Positions 16,377 to 25,994 of a DNA stretch of 44,878 nucleotides are shown piece after piece (the first letter of the stretch is position 1; every line of letters begins with the position of its first letter). The notes under the pieces were generated by a model, which worked only from the letters and a program-made list of their open reading frames with translations, was not told where the DNA came from and did no database searches. This stretch comes from a virus (lineage: Duplodnaviria; Caudoviricetes): IMG/VR virus record IMGVR_UViG_3300048856_000034, positions 1-44,878 of that record. One strand, given 5' to 3'. Made by a program: the position numbers and the translations under genes.

Positions 16377-17165
16377 ATGGATCTCGCACGAAAGCTCGAG
16401 CTGCTCGACAAGCAGATCGCAGACGCGAAGCAGGGGCACCCCGACAGTTTCGAGGTCTGGCGCAACTCGGCGGAAGTGACCCTCCGGGCGGTCTTGGGCA
16501 GCGACTCACCGCTGCTCAAGCGCTTCGAGAAGGTTCGATACAGCCCGAGCGTGTACGGCACCGGGACCGACTTCGCTGCGTACCGCGTTGGTGGGGTCAG
16601 GAGAGCCACTGCACTTCTAGAGGCAGCGAAGAGCGAGGTTGCACTTCGCGAGGAGCTGGCTCAGGTCGCCGAGACGCAGGAGTCAGACGAGCAGCGAGCG
16701 ACCGCCGCCGAGCAGGGCCGCGTCTTCATCGTCCACGGACACGACGACGCACGGAAGCACGAGCTCTTCCGAATCCTGCAGAGCCTCACCGGCACCGAGC
16801 CGATCATCCTGCACGAGCAGCCGAACGGTGGCCGGACGATCCTCGAGAAGCTCGAGGACTACGCCGCCAGCGCCGGGTTCGCTGTGGCTCTCCTGACCGG
16901 CGACGACGTTGGCCGGGCACGGACGGCAACTGACGACTCTCCTCGGGCTCGCCAGAACGTCGTGTTCGAGGCCGGCTACTTCGCTGGACGCCTCGGGCGC
17001 GCCAACGTGGTGCTGCTCCATGAGAGTGGAGTCGAGTTGCCGGGTGATCTCGACGGTGTCGTCTACGTCTCCCTCGACGAGGCCGGCGCTTGGAAGATGC
17101 GACTTGCCCACGAGATGAGCAACGCCGGCATCAACGTCAACTGGGAGGGCCTCGCCGGGAACTAG
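16377..17165 (+). CDS. TIR-like nucleotide-binding protein (CAP12/Pycsar-effector TIR type), stand-alone
   Basis: RVFIVHGHD, PIILHEQPNGGRTILEKLE, FAVALLTGDD, RARQNVVFEAGYFAGRLG, ELPGDLDGVVY. Confidence 0.92.
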   Translation: MDLARKLELLDKQIADAKQGHPDSFEVWRNSAEVTLRAVLGSDSPLLKRFEKVRYSPSVYGTGTDFAAYRVGGVRRATALLEAAKSEVALREELAQVAETQESDEQRATAAEQGRVFIVHGHDDARKHELFRILQSLTGTEPIILHEQPNGGRTILEKLEDYAASAGFAVALLTGDDVGRARTATDDSPRARQNVVFEAGYFAGRLGRANVVLLHESGVELPGDLDGVVYVSLDEAGAWKMRLAHEMSNAGINVNWEGLAGN

Positions 17166-17186
17166 CAGCGTGAGGGCAGGTGAGTC

Positions 17187-18683
17187 GTGACGCTCGCCTT
17201 CCTCGAGCACGCCGCCCGCCTGTTCGAGCCCCCGCCGCCGCCCCGCTGGCCGTCCGCCGCGGACATGGCCGCCGAGCTCGACCCGAAGTTCGTCCGCACC
17301 CCCGCGCTCGACATCATCAACGACGCCATCACCACGGCCCTCGCCACCCCCGACGCGCGGCTGATCATCTCCATGCCGCCGCAGGAGGGGAAGTCCACCC
17401 TCGCGACGAAGTGGGCGCCCGTCTGGCTCCTCCGCGAGCGGCCCGACACCCGCGTCATCATCGCGTCCTACGCCGCGAACGTCGCCCGCCGCATGGGCCG
17501 CCTCATCCGCGGCGAGATTGGCACCCACGGCCCCGACCTTGGGATCGCGGTCGCCGACGACGTCGCCGCCCAGCACGAGTTCCAGATCGCCGACCACATC
17601 GGCGGGGTCTACGCCGTCGGCATCGGCGGCGGCCTGACCTCCCGGCCGGCGGACGTCATGATCATCGACGACCCCCTCAAGGACCGGTCCGAGGCCGACT
17701 CCGAGGTCTACCGCGACCGCGCCTGGGACTGGTGGACCGATGTCGCGTCGACCCGCCTCGCCCCGGGCGCCCCGGTCATCCTGATCCTGACCAGGTGGCA
17801 CCACGACGACCTCGCTGGCCGCCTCCTTGCCGCCGAGGACGGGCACCTCTGGTCGGTCGTGAACATCCCCGCGCAGGCCGACCACCGGCCCGAGCAGGGC
17901 GAGACCGACATCCTCGGCCGCGACCCCGGCGAGTACATGATCTCCGCGCGCGGCCGCACCCCCGAGCAGTGGGAGCGACGCAAGGTCCAATCCGGCCCCC
18001 GCACATGGGCCGCGCTGTTCCAGGGGCACCCGTCCCCGACGGCCGGCGACCTGTTCCCCGAGACGTGGGCCCGGTACGACACCCCGCTGTGGGTCGAACG
18101 CGCCGACGGGTCCCGATGGATCCCCGGGCACGACTTCGAGCTCGTCCAGTCCTGGGACCTCACGTTCAAGGACACGAAGAGCTCGGACTACGTCGTCGGG
18201 CAGGTGTGGCTGCGGATCGGCGCCGACGCGTACCTCGTCGACCAGGTCCGGGCCCGGCTGTCGTTCACCGCGACGATCAAGGCGATGCTCGCGATGTCCG
18301 CGCGGTGGCCGCAGGCCGTCGCGAAGTTCGTCGAGGACAAGGCGAACGGGCCCGCGGTCATCAACGCCCTGTCGAAGCGGCTGATCGGGCTGATCCCCGT
18401 CGAGCCCGAGGGGTCGAAGTACGCGCGCGCCGCCGCGGTGTCCCCGCTCGTCCACGCCCGCAACGTGCACCTGCCGACCGCCGAGCTGCTCCCGAACGTC
18501 GAGGACCTCCTCGAGGAGGTCCGGGCGTTCCCGAACGGGCAGCACGACGACACCGTCGACGCGCTCTCGCAGGCTCTGAACCGGATCCTCCTGCAGCCCC
18601 TGTGGGAGGGCGAGTGCGAGATCACCGGCGACGACCTGATCGACGACTACGACGACCCGCACGCCCTGCTCGGCGGCTACTAG
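17187..18683 (+). CDS. terL: Terminase large subunit
   Basis: SMPPQEGKST Walker A, IIDDP Walker B, SWDLTFKD, HDDTVDA nuclease motifs. Confidence 0.96.
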   Translation: MTLAFLEHAARLFEPPPPPRWPSAADMAAELDPKFVRTPALDIINDAITTALATPDARLIISMPPQEGKSTLATKWAPVWLLRERPDTRVIIASYAANVARRMGRLIRGEIGTHGPDLGIAVADDVAAQHEFQIADHIGGVYAVGIGGGLTSRPADVMIIDDPLKDRSEADSEVYRDRAWDWWTDVASTRLAPGAPVILILTRWHHDDLAGRLLAAEDGHLWSVVNIPAQADHRPEQGETDILGRDPGEYMISARGRTPEQWERRKVQSGPRTWAALFQGHPSPTAGDLFPETWARYDTPLWVERADGSRWIPGHDFELVQSWDLTFKDTKSSDYVVGQVWLRIGADAYLVDQVRARLSFTATIKAMLAMSARWPQAVAKFVEDKANGPAVINALSKRLIGLIPVEPEGSKYARAAAVSPLVHARNVHLPTAELLPNVEDLLEEVRAFPNGQHDDTVDALSQALNRILLQPLWEGECEITGDDLIDDYDDPHALLGGY

Positions 18684-18692
18684 CCTGACCGC

Positions 18693-19301
18693 ATGAGCAT
18701 CGGGTTCGCTGACGACGGCGAGTGGAGAGAGTTCTCGCGCGCCCTGGCTGCGTCGGGCGTCTTCGGCGAGATGGACGCGCTCGCCAAGGTGATCCGGGAC
18801 GCCCTGGCGCCTGCGTCCATGCCCGCGATGACTGCCCTCAGCCGTGCGATCGCGGAATCGATGCCCACCATCGACTACTCGCAGATGATGCGACCGCTCC
18901 TGGACGACTTCAAGCCGTTCACCCTCATGCTGGCGGAAGCCCAGGCCGACTGGCTGCCGAACATCCGATCGATCATGTCGGATCTCACGACGACGATCGC
19001 GACAGCCGAGGCCCGGGCCCACTCCGCCGCCGAGCCCAACCCGCCGGAAGTACAACCCGAGCAGGAGCTGCGCGCTCTAGTCACGCCTGGCGCACTTAGG
19101 CCCCTCTCCCCCGCGCAGATGAAGAAGACGGTGGGCGTCGCGGGGTTCGTTCTCAGCGGCTGGTGGGGCATCGCCGATGCGATCGACTACCTCGTGGGAG
19201 AGGCCGCGACGCCCGCTGATGAGCTCATGTGGGCCGCCGCGATCATGTTCGCTCTCACCATGCTCATCGTCTCCGCAGTGGACTTCGACCGCGACGAGTA
19301 A
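18693..19301 (+). CDS. Moron protein with two C-terminal TM helices
   Basis: Intact ORF between terL and portal; TAGCCT 6 nt upstream of the ATG. Confidence 0.7.
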   Translation: MSIGFADDGEWREFSRALAASGVFGEMDALAKVIRDALAPASMPAMTALSRAIAESMPTIDYSQMMRPLLDDFKPFTLMLAEAQADWLPNIRSIMSDLTTTIATAEARAHSAAEPNPPEVQPEQELRALVTPGALRPLSPAQMKKTVGVAGFVLSGWWGIADAIDYLVGEAATPADELMWAAAIMFALTMLIVSAVDFDRDE

Positions 19302-19322
19302 CCGCACAGTGAGGAGGTCCAC

Positions 19323-20948
19323 GTGGGCATCCTCACCTGGCTCGGTGTGAGCGAGACGGCCGGCATCGACTCCGTCACCGAGGCGACCGCCCGCGCGACC
19401 GCCGCCGAGCACGAGGTCGAGCACCTCCGCGAAGCGCTGGCCGACGTCGAGCGCGCCATGGACGACGCCGGGTGGACCCGCCTCACCGCGAACGCCGGCG
19501 CCGAGTTCTCCCGCGAGGGCCTGCGCCGCGGCGCAGAGGTCGCCCGCGTCATGGCCGTCGTGAACCCCCTCATCAAGCGGGGCCTCGGGATCCGTCAGGC
19601 CTACGTGTGGGGGCAGGGCTGCCAGGTCCAGGCCCGCGCGACCGGGCAGGACGGCACGCAGGACGTCAACGGCGTCGTGCAGGCGTTCATGGACGACCAG
19701 GGCAACCGGGCCGCCGTGTTCGGCGATCAGGCGCAGGAGGAGCTCGAGCGTGCGCTCGGGACCGACGGGAACGTGTTCATCGCGGCGTTCACGTCCCCGC
19801 TGACCGGGTTCGTGCAGGTCCGGTCCGTGCCGTTCGACGAGGTCGCGGACGTCATCACGAACCCCGACGACCGCGACGACCCGTGGTTCTACAAGCGGGT
19901 GTGGCTCGAGACGACCGTCGACACGTCGAGGGCCGCGACCGTGACCCGCACCAGGACCGCGTACCACCCGGCGACGACGTACCGGCCGGCCGCGCGCCTC
20001 CGGTCGATCGACGGGCACGAGGTGCTGTGGGACGCCCCGATCTACCAGGTGTCCGTGAACCGCCTCGACGGATGGAAGTTCGGCGTCGGTGACGCCTACG
20101 CCGCCCTGCCGTGGGCCCGGTCCTACCGGGACTTCCTCGCGGACTGGGCGACCCTGGTGAAGGCCCTGTCGCAGTTCGCGTGGCGGGCGTCCACGAAGAA
20201 GGCCGGGAAGGCGCAGCAGCTGCGCGAGCGCATCCAGCGCCGCCCCGCCGCCGCGCCGTCGGACGGGAACCCGAACAACGTCGGCGCGACCGCGGTCACG
20301 TCGGACGACGTCACGCTCGAGGCGATCCCGAAGACCGGCGCCACGATCGACTCCGAGTCCGGCCGGCCGCTGGCCGCGATGGTAGCGGCCGCTCTGGACA
20401 TCCCGGTCACGGTCCTGCTGGCCGATCCGGGGCAGACCGGCGCCCGAGCTGTAGCCGAGACGCTGCAACTCCCGACGCGGCTCGCGATGCAGCAACGGCA
20501 GTCGCTGTGGGCTGAGGCGTACCGGAACCTGTGCGCGTACCTCATCCGGTCCGCGGTCCGCGCACCCCGCGGACCGCTGCAGGGCACGATCACCCGCGAC
20601 CCGTTCACCGGCCGCGAGGTCGTCGTCCTCGCCGGCGACACCGACGGGTCGGTCGAGGTCTCGTTCCCCTCGCTCGAGGAGGACGTGCCCGTCGCGCAGA
20701 TCGTCGAGGCGATCGTGAAGGCCGACAGCACGGGCAAGCTCCCGCCGCTCGAGGTCGCGAAGTTGCTGCTGCAGGCCCTCGGCGTGAAGGACGTCGACGA
20801 GGTTCTGGACGACCTGACGGACGACGACGGCCGGTGGCTCGACCCGCTCGTCAGCGCGGGCCAAGCCGCGGTGGACGCGTACCGTCGCGGCACCGACCCC
20901 GCAGCGCTCGTCGGCGCCGGCGCCGAGGACGAGGACCCGGAGGCCTGA
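19323..20948 (+). CDS. Portal protein
   Basis: GAGGAGG RBS; 541 aa; position after terL; NPLIKRGL..YVWGQG, GTDGNVF. Confidence 0.88.
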   Translation: MGILTWLGVSETAGIDSVTEATARATAAEHEVEHLREALADVERAMDDAGWTRLTANAGAEFSREGLRRGAEVARVMAVVNPLIKRGLGIRQAYVWGQGCQVQARATGQDGTQDVNGVVQAFMDDQGNRAAVFGDQAQEELERALGTDGNVFIAAFTSPLTGFVQVRSVPFDEVADVITNPDDRDDPWFYKRVWLETTVDTSRAATVTRTRTAYHPATTYRPAARLRSIDGHEVLWDAPIYQVSVNRLDGWKFGVGDAYAALPWARSYRDFLADWATLVKALSQFAWRASTKKAGKAQQLRERIQRRPAAAPSDGNPNNVGATAVTSDDVTLEAIPKTGATIDSESGRPLAAMVAAALDIPVTVLLADPGQTGARAVAETLQLPTRLAMQQRQSLWAEAYRNLCAYLIRSAVRAPRGPLQGTITRDPFTGREVVVLAGDTDGSVEVSFPSLEEDVPVAQIVEAIVKADSTGKLPPLEVAKLLLQALGVKDVDEVLDDLTDDDGRWLDPLVSAGQAAVDAYRRGTDPAALVGAGAEDEDPEA

Positions 20949-20950
20949 CG

Positions 20951-22012
20951 GTGAGCATCAACGACGAGACCCTGCGTCTCGCCCGCCAGCTCCGAATCCG
21001 CGTCGACCGCGAGGTCGACGCCACCGTCCGCGACCTCGTCCGATCCTGGGCCCGCGCGTGGGACGAGATCCACGACGCCTGGGCTCAGGCCGCGGACGCG
21101 CTCATCGCCGCGTCCCGCGACGGCGCCTGGCCCGACCAGTGGACGATCGCCCGCCACGACCGCGCTGTCGCCGCGCTCCTCGCCGCGAACGACAAGACCG
21201 CCGAGCTCGCCGAGCACACCGGCATCACGGTCACCGACGCCGCCGGCCGCGCGGTCGAGTTCACCCCGGAGTTCGAGGCACGACTCATCGCATCGCAGAT
21301 GCCGCGCGCCGCGGGGGCGCGCGCGGACCTCGTCACCCGGTTCAACCGGGTCGACGCGACGTCCCTGCAGTGGATCGTGCAGCGCACGACCGAGCAGATC
21401 CTCGGGGACGCGTCGTCGCTCGGCGTGTACGCGCAGGAGCAGATGCGCCGCACCCTGATCCGCGGGGTCGCGCTCGGCGACAACCCCCGGCAGGCGGCGC
21501 GCCGCATGGTTCGGCAGGCCGAGGGCGCGTTCAACGGCGGCCTGACCCGGGCGCTCACGATCGCGCGGACCGAGATCCTGGACGCACACCGTGCGTCCGC
21601 GTCGGCGTCGCAGATGGCGAACCGGGACGTCCTGTCCGGGTGGGTGTGGCTCGCGCAACTCGACACCCGCACCTGCCCGTCGTGCCTCGCGAAGCACGGC
21701 ACCGTCCACGACCTCGACGAGACCGGCCCGAACGACCACCCCCAGGGGCGGTGCGCACGGATGCCCAAGGCCCGCTCGTGGCGGGACCTCGGGATCGACC
21801 TCGACGAGCCCGCGGACATCACCCCGGACGCGCAGGCGTGGTTCGCGGACCTCGAGCGGCAGCAGCAGCTGCAGGTGATGGGCCCGGCCCGGCTGCAGGC
21901 CCTCGACGGCGGTGTGCCGTGGTCGGACCTCACGCAGCAGCGCACGAACCCGGGCTGGCGTGACTCGTGGGTGCCGACGCCGGCGCGGGACCTGCTCGCG
22001 CGGGTCGCCTAG
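20951..22012 (+). CDS. MuF-like minor head protein
   Basis: RALTIARTE, W.AQLDTRTCPSC..KHG, DHPQGRC. Confidence 0.9.
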   Translation: MSINDETLRLARQLRIRVDREVDATVRDLVRSWARAWDEIHDAWAQAADALIAASRDGAWPDQWTIARHDRAVAALLAANDKTAELAEHTGITVTDAAGRAVEFTPEFEARLIASQMPRAAGARADLVTRFNRVDATSLQWIVQRTTEQILGDASSLGVYAQEQMRRTLIRGVALGDNPRQAARRMVRQAEGAFNGGLTRALTIARTEILDAHRASASASQMANRDVLSGWVWLAQLDTRTCPSCLAKHGTVHDLDETGPNDHPQGRCARMPKARSWRDLGIDLDEPADITPDAQAWFADLERQQQLQVMGPARLQALDGGVPWSDLTQQRTNPGWRDSWVPTPARDLLARVA

Positions 22013-22149
22013 ACCGTCTGCGGGTGCACCGCACCGGGCGGCACGACCTGCTCGGTGCCACACCGGACGCACACGTACTCCGTCAGGGCGCCCTCGCCGA
22101 ACGTCACACCGTCGAGACGCCAGACGTGCTCAGGGCAGGTCACGTCCAC
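22009..22149 (-). CDS. Small Cys/His protein (46 aa)
   Basis: VDVTCPEHVWRLDGVTFGEGALTEYVCVRCGTEQVVPPGAVHPQTV; overlaps the stop of the upstream moron gene. Confidence 0.6.
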   Translation of the reverse strand: MDVTCPEHVWRLDGVTFGEGALTEYVCVRCGTEQVVPPGAVHPQTV

Positions 22150-22789
22150 GGCTCACCGCCGCCACGGCCGAGCGCACGTCGTCGCGCGCACCACCGACCT
22201 CGTCCGCGATCGACCGAACCGCGTCACGGATCTCCTTGAGTCGCCCCTCGGGGGACTCAGTCGACGAGGTCGTGACCTCGCCGGCGTAGACCGTGCAGTC
22301 CAGGACGAACGTCTCGGTGTACCTCTTGCGGCCGTGCTTGTAGGTGACGGTGGCTGTCACCGTGTCCTCGGGCTTGTCCTCGCCCTTCGCGTTGCGCGCC
22401 GAGGTCCGGACCGAGTTCGCGAACGCCTGACCCGGGGGCATCGCCAGGAACGTTCGGTCGTACCGCCGGGCGATGACCTCGACGAGCGAGCCCGTGCGCT
22501 TCGCCTCGGGGCCCAAGTCGTCGAAGGTGACCTTCACGTCGGTCGCCACCGACTGGCCGGTGTTCTGCACTACGAGCGCGAGCGTCCCAGACGCGTACGG
22601 GATGCGCTGGTACTCCGCGATGACGTACGGCCTGGTCCGCTCGCGCGAGTCCCGAGCCGTCTGCCGGAGAGCGACCGCAGCGAAGACGCCGGTGACGATC
22701 GCCGCCACTGCGGCGAGGCCCGTGCCGTTGTCGTTGACCCAGGCCCAGGTGTCACCGAGCCCCCTCAGTAGTCCGTCCACGGACGGCAT
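22130..22789 (-). CDS. Moron protein with N-terminal TM anchor
   Basis: Hydrophobic N-terminus then RPYV..LVVQNTGQSVA.DV pattern; antisense within head module; start uncertain. Confidence 0.75.
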   Translation of the reverse strand: MPSVDGLLRGLGDTWAWVNDNGTGLAAVAAIVTGVFAAVALRQTARDSRERTRPYVIAEYQRIPYASGTLALVVQNTGQSVATDVKVTFDDLGPEAKRTGSLVEVIARRYDRTFLAMPPGQAFANSVRTSARNAKGEDKPEDTVTATVTYKHGRKRYTETFVLDCTVYAGEVTTSSTESPEGRLKEIRDAVRSIADEVGGARDDVRSAVAAVSRGRDLP

Positions 22790-22806
22790 CTTCCCAGGAG
22801 GTCGCC

Positions 22807-24309
22807 GTGCGCGTCACCCTCGCCGAGTCGACCGCCTTCGGATCCGCCGCCACCCCGGCGGAGGGCCCCGGCCGGCTCCTCATCGAGCTCATCACCCCGG
22901 GCTGGGGGTCGTCCGGCTACTACAGCCAGGACCTCCTCGAGGCCGCGGGCCGCGACCGGATCTGGCCCGCCGGGACGCACATGTACATCGACCACCCCGC
23001 CGAATCGGAGATGTTCGACCGCCCGGAGCGCACGGTCAAGGACCTCGCCGCCGTCCTGACGGAGGACGCCCGCTGGGACGCCGCCGCCGGCGCCCTGGTC
23101 GCAGAGGCCCGCGTGTTCTCCCACTGGCGGCAGCCGCTCGTCGAGATGGCCGACGTCATCGGCGTGTCTGTCCGCGGAAGCGCGGAGGGCGAGCTCGGGG
23201 AGGCCGAGGGCCGCACCGGTCGCGTGTTCTCCCGGCTCACCGCCGGAGAGTCCGTCGACTTCGTGACCCGCGCCGGCCGCGGCGGGAAGGTCGCGCAGGT
23301 CATTGAGTCCGCCCGGCACCGCGTGACCGAGGCCCGCAACGTCGGGCAGTGGGTCGAGTCCCGCATCCACCGCGACTTCACCGTCCTCGCCGACGAGATG
23401 TTCGGCGACGGCCGCCTGACCCGCGAGGAGCGCATCACCCTCTCCGGCGGCATCGGGGACGCCCTGGCCGCGTTCGTGGCCCGCGTCGAGGCCGACGCCC
23501 CCGGGCTGTACGAGCGCGACGTGTGGGACCAAGCACCGGAGGTCCGCTCCGACGCCGTCGAGGCCGCCATCCGCCGCGGCGTGGCCGAGGCCACTGCGAA
23601 CGACCGCCGCGACCAGCTCGACTCCCTGGTGAAGGCCGAGCACGGCGGCGAGGGCTTCTGGACGTGGGTCCGCGACTTCGACGACACGACGGTCTGGTTC
23701 CAGATCGACGGCGGTGACGACACCGGCACCTACCAGCAGGCCTACGACGTCGACGATGACGTCGCCACCGCCCTGACGGGCGAGCGCACGGAGGTCCGCG
23801 CGCAGACCACCTACGTCCCGGTCGACCCGGCCGGGCAGTCCAACCCCCAGGAGTCCGAGGAGGACACCATGCCCCAGATCGAGGAGGCGCGTCTGCGCCA
23901 GCTCGAGGAGGCCCACGGCCGGGTGCCGACGCTCGAGTCCGAGCGCGACGCCGAGCGCCAGCGGGCTGACACTGCCGAGGCCAAGCTCGCCGAGGCGCTC
24001 AAGACCGCGAACACCGCGGTCGCCGAGAAGGTCGTGCGGGAGGCGTTCGACGCCGCCGGCGTGACCGCCCCGAAGACCGTCGCCCGCCTCGCCGCGTCCG
24101 CGCCGCTCACCGAGGCCGGCGCCGTCGACGAGGCCGCCCTCAAGACCGCCGCGGAGGAGTCCGCCGCGGAGCTCGCCGAGGCGTCCGGCGCGGGCCGTGT
24201 CCGCGGCTTCGGCGGCGACACCCTGCCCACCGACGGCGACGCGCTGTCGGAGTCCGACGTCGACGCGGCCGTCGGGTCCGCGTTCGGCCGCCAGGTCAAG
24301 GAGGCCTGA
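22807..24309 (+). CDS. Capsid maturation protease/scaffold fusion
   Basis: ITPGWGSSGYYS, MYIDH, IGVS, SVDFVTRAGRGG; coiled-coil C-terminus. Confidence 0.82.
   Translation: MRVTLAESTAFGSAATPAEGPGRLLIELITPGWGSSGYYSQDLLEAAGRDRIWPAGTHMYIDHPAESEMFDRPERTVKDLAAVLTEDARWDAAAGALVAEARVFSHWRQPLVEMADVIGVSVRGSAEGELGEAEGRTGRVFSRLTAGESVDFVTRAGRGGKVAQVIESARHRVTEARNVGQWVESRIHRDFTVLADEMFGDGRLTREERITLSGGIGDALAAFVARVEADAPGLYERDVWDQAPEVRSDAVEAAIRRGVAEATANDRRDQLDSLVKAEHGGEGFWTWVRDFDDTTVWFQIDGGDDTGTYQQAYDVDDDVATALTGERTEVRAQTTYVPVDPAGQSNPQESEEDTMPQIEEARLRQLEEAHGRVPTLESERDAERQRADTAEAKLAEALKTANTAVAEKVVREAFDAAGVTAPKTVARLAASAPLTEAGAVDEAALKTAAEESAAELAEASGAGRVRGFGGDTLPTDGDALSESDVDAAVGSAFGRQVKEA
23869..24309 (+). CDS. Nested scaffold protein from an internal start
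   Basis: In-frame GAGGAGGACACC-ATG at 23869 before the coiled-coil region (lambda C/Nu3-like arrangement). Confidence 0.6.
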   Translation: MPQIEEARLRQLEEAHGRVPTLESERDAERQRADTAEAKLAEALKTANTAVAEKVVREAFDAAGVTAPKTVARLAASAPLTEAGAVDEAALKTAAEESAAELAEASGAGRVRGFGGDTLPTDGDALSESDVDAAVGSAFGRQVKEA

Positions 24310-24312
24310 CCC

Positions 24313-24648
24313 ATGCGCAACGCCGTGTTCAACGAGGCGACCAAGCTGTCGCTGCCCGTCCCCAACAACACCCTCTCCGGCACCCCGGTGAAGGTCGGGT
24401 CGCTCATCGGCGTGACCGCGACCGCCGAGGGCGAGGGCGGCAACGCCGAGGGCTACGCCTCGGTGTGGCGCCAGGGCGCCTACGACCTGTCGGTCACCGG
24501 CGCGATCGCCTCGGTCGGCCTGCCGGTCTACATCACCAGCTCCAACACGCTGACCGCGACCGCGGGCAGCGACACCCTGTTCGGCTACGCCCTCGAGACC
24601 AAGGGCGCCGCCGCCGGGGTCATCCGCGTCGCTCTCGCCCAGGTCTGA
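24313..24648 (+). CDS. DUF2190-family capsid cement/decoration protein
   Basis: MRNAVF..SGTPVKVGSLIGV..GAYDL..VGLPVY..FGYALE. Confidence 0.85.
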   Translation: MRNAVFNEATKLSLPVPNNTLSGTPVKVGSLIGVTATAEGEGGNAEGYASVWRQGAYDLSVTGAIASVGLPVYITSSNTLTATAGSDTLFGYALETKGAAAGVIRVALAQV

Positions 24649-24660
24649 GGAGGCCACCCC

Positions 24661-25791
24661 ATGAGCAGCAGCATCACGAACGTCGGTGAGTCCTTCGGGC
24701 TGACCGACGCGGGCACCCTCCTCGGTGCCTCCCCGGCCGAGCGCCGGCACTACAGCCCCGCCCGGGCGAAGGCCATCGTCGAGGCCTCGACGATGTGGAT
24801 GCGCGCGTGGGACGGCTCGCCCCGTGCCGCGCTCGCCGTCCACGAGGCCCTGTCGACGTCGGACCTCTTCCGGTCCGTCACCGGCGACGTCCTCGACCGC
24901 GAGCTCCTGGCCGCGTACCGCGAGCAGGACCCGCAGTGGTCCGCGTTCGCGTCCCGCACCACGGTCCGGAACTTCAAGCCGAAGCAGCTCGTCGACATCC
25001 TCGGCGGCCGCACCGCCCTGGACGCGGTACCGGAGCTGACCGAGTACCCCGAGGTGTCCGGTGACACCAAGGAGTACCCGATCCAGGTCGGCAAGTTCGG
25101 CCGCCGGTTCGGCTTCTCCTGGGAGGCCGGCATCAACGACGACATCGACGAGCTGCAGCGCATCCCGTCGAACTTCGCCGCGGCCGCCCGCGTCACCGAG
25201 GACGTCACCGCCCTCGCGCAGCTGGTGAACGTCGCGACCGGCGCCCCGAACACGGCGTTCTTCAACTCGGGCAACGGCAACGCGCCCGAGGCGAAGGTCC
25301 TCGACGACGCGAACCTGTCGGCGGCGATCACCGCGGTGACGACCCGCACCGACTCGGACGGCAACATCGTGCCGGCCGACGAGGGCCTGGTCCTGGTCGT
25401 CGGCCCGGCCCAGGAGATGAACGCCCGCGCGATCCTGAACGCCACGGAGATCCGTGTCACCCAGGGCTCGCGGACGGTCATCCAGCCGAACCCGCTGCGT
25501 GACGTCGCGATCGAGCTCGTCGTGCACCGCCGGATCAAGGGCCTGGCGTGGTTCGTCCTGCCGAAGCCCGACAGCTCCCGGCCGGCGATCGCGGTCGCGT
25601 TCCTGCGCGGCTTCGAGACCCCGGACATCCGGATGAAGAACGACCAGGGCACCCGGGTCGGCGGCGGCACGATCGGCGCCGACGAGGGCTCGTTCAACGA
25701 GGACGGCGTGTACTACCGCGTCCGTCACGTGACCGGCTCCGCGCACGTGGACCCGATCCACACCTACGCGGCCACCGGCGCCTCGTCCTGA
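24661..25791 (+). CDS. Major capsid protein
   Basis: GAGGAGG RBS; 376 aa; STSDLF, NFKP, KFGRRFGFSWEAGINDD, YRVRH. Confidence 0.9.
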   Translation: MSSSITNVGESFGLTDAGTLLGASPAERRHYSPARAKAIVEASTMWMRAWDGSPRAALAVHEALSTSDLFRSVTGDVLDRELLAAYREQDPQWSAFASRTTVRNFKPKQLVDILGGRTALDAVPELTEYPEVSGDTKEYPIQVGKFGRRFGFSWEAGINDDIDELQRIPSNFAAAARVTEDVTALAQLVNVATGAPNTAFFNSGNGNAPEAKVLDDANLSAAITAVTTRTDSDGNIVPADEGLVLVVGPAQEMNARAILNATEIRVTQGSRTVIQPNPLRDVAIELVVHRRIKGLAWFVLPKPDSSRPAIAVAFLRGFETPDIRMKNDQGTRVGGGTIGADEGSFNEDGVYYRVRHVTGSAHVDPIHTYAATGASS

Positions 25792-25802
25792 TCCACCCCT
25801 AG

Positions 25803-25838
25803 CCCGGCCGTCCGTTCCGCTCACGAGCGGCGGCCGGG
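25803..25838 (+). terminator. Hairpin after major capsid gene
   Basis: CCCGGCCG/CGGCCGGG outer stem with CCGCTC/GAGCGG inner stem. Confidence 0.55.
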
Positions 25839-25994
25839 TCTGCGGTGTCGGACGTCAACGTCGGCCCGGCAACGGGTTCGTCTGCGTCCCCACTCACCAC
25901 CGACGAAGGCCGCTTGGGGCTGTTCACGCCGGGTCCTTTCCAGCCCTGCAGCAGCGCGTCCTGCGTCCGACACCGCACCCGGGGAGGTCACACC

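Noticed and set aside
16377-17165. Complete CBASS, Pycsar or Thoeris system
   Set aside because: No cyclase, STING/cNMP sensor or ThsA-like partner in the window
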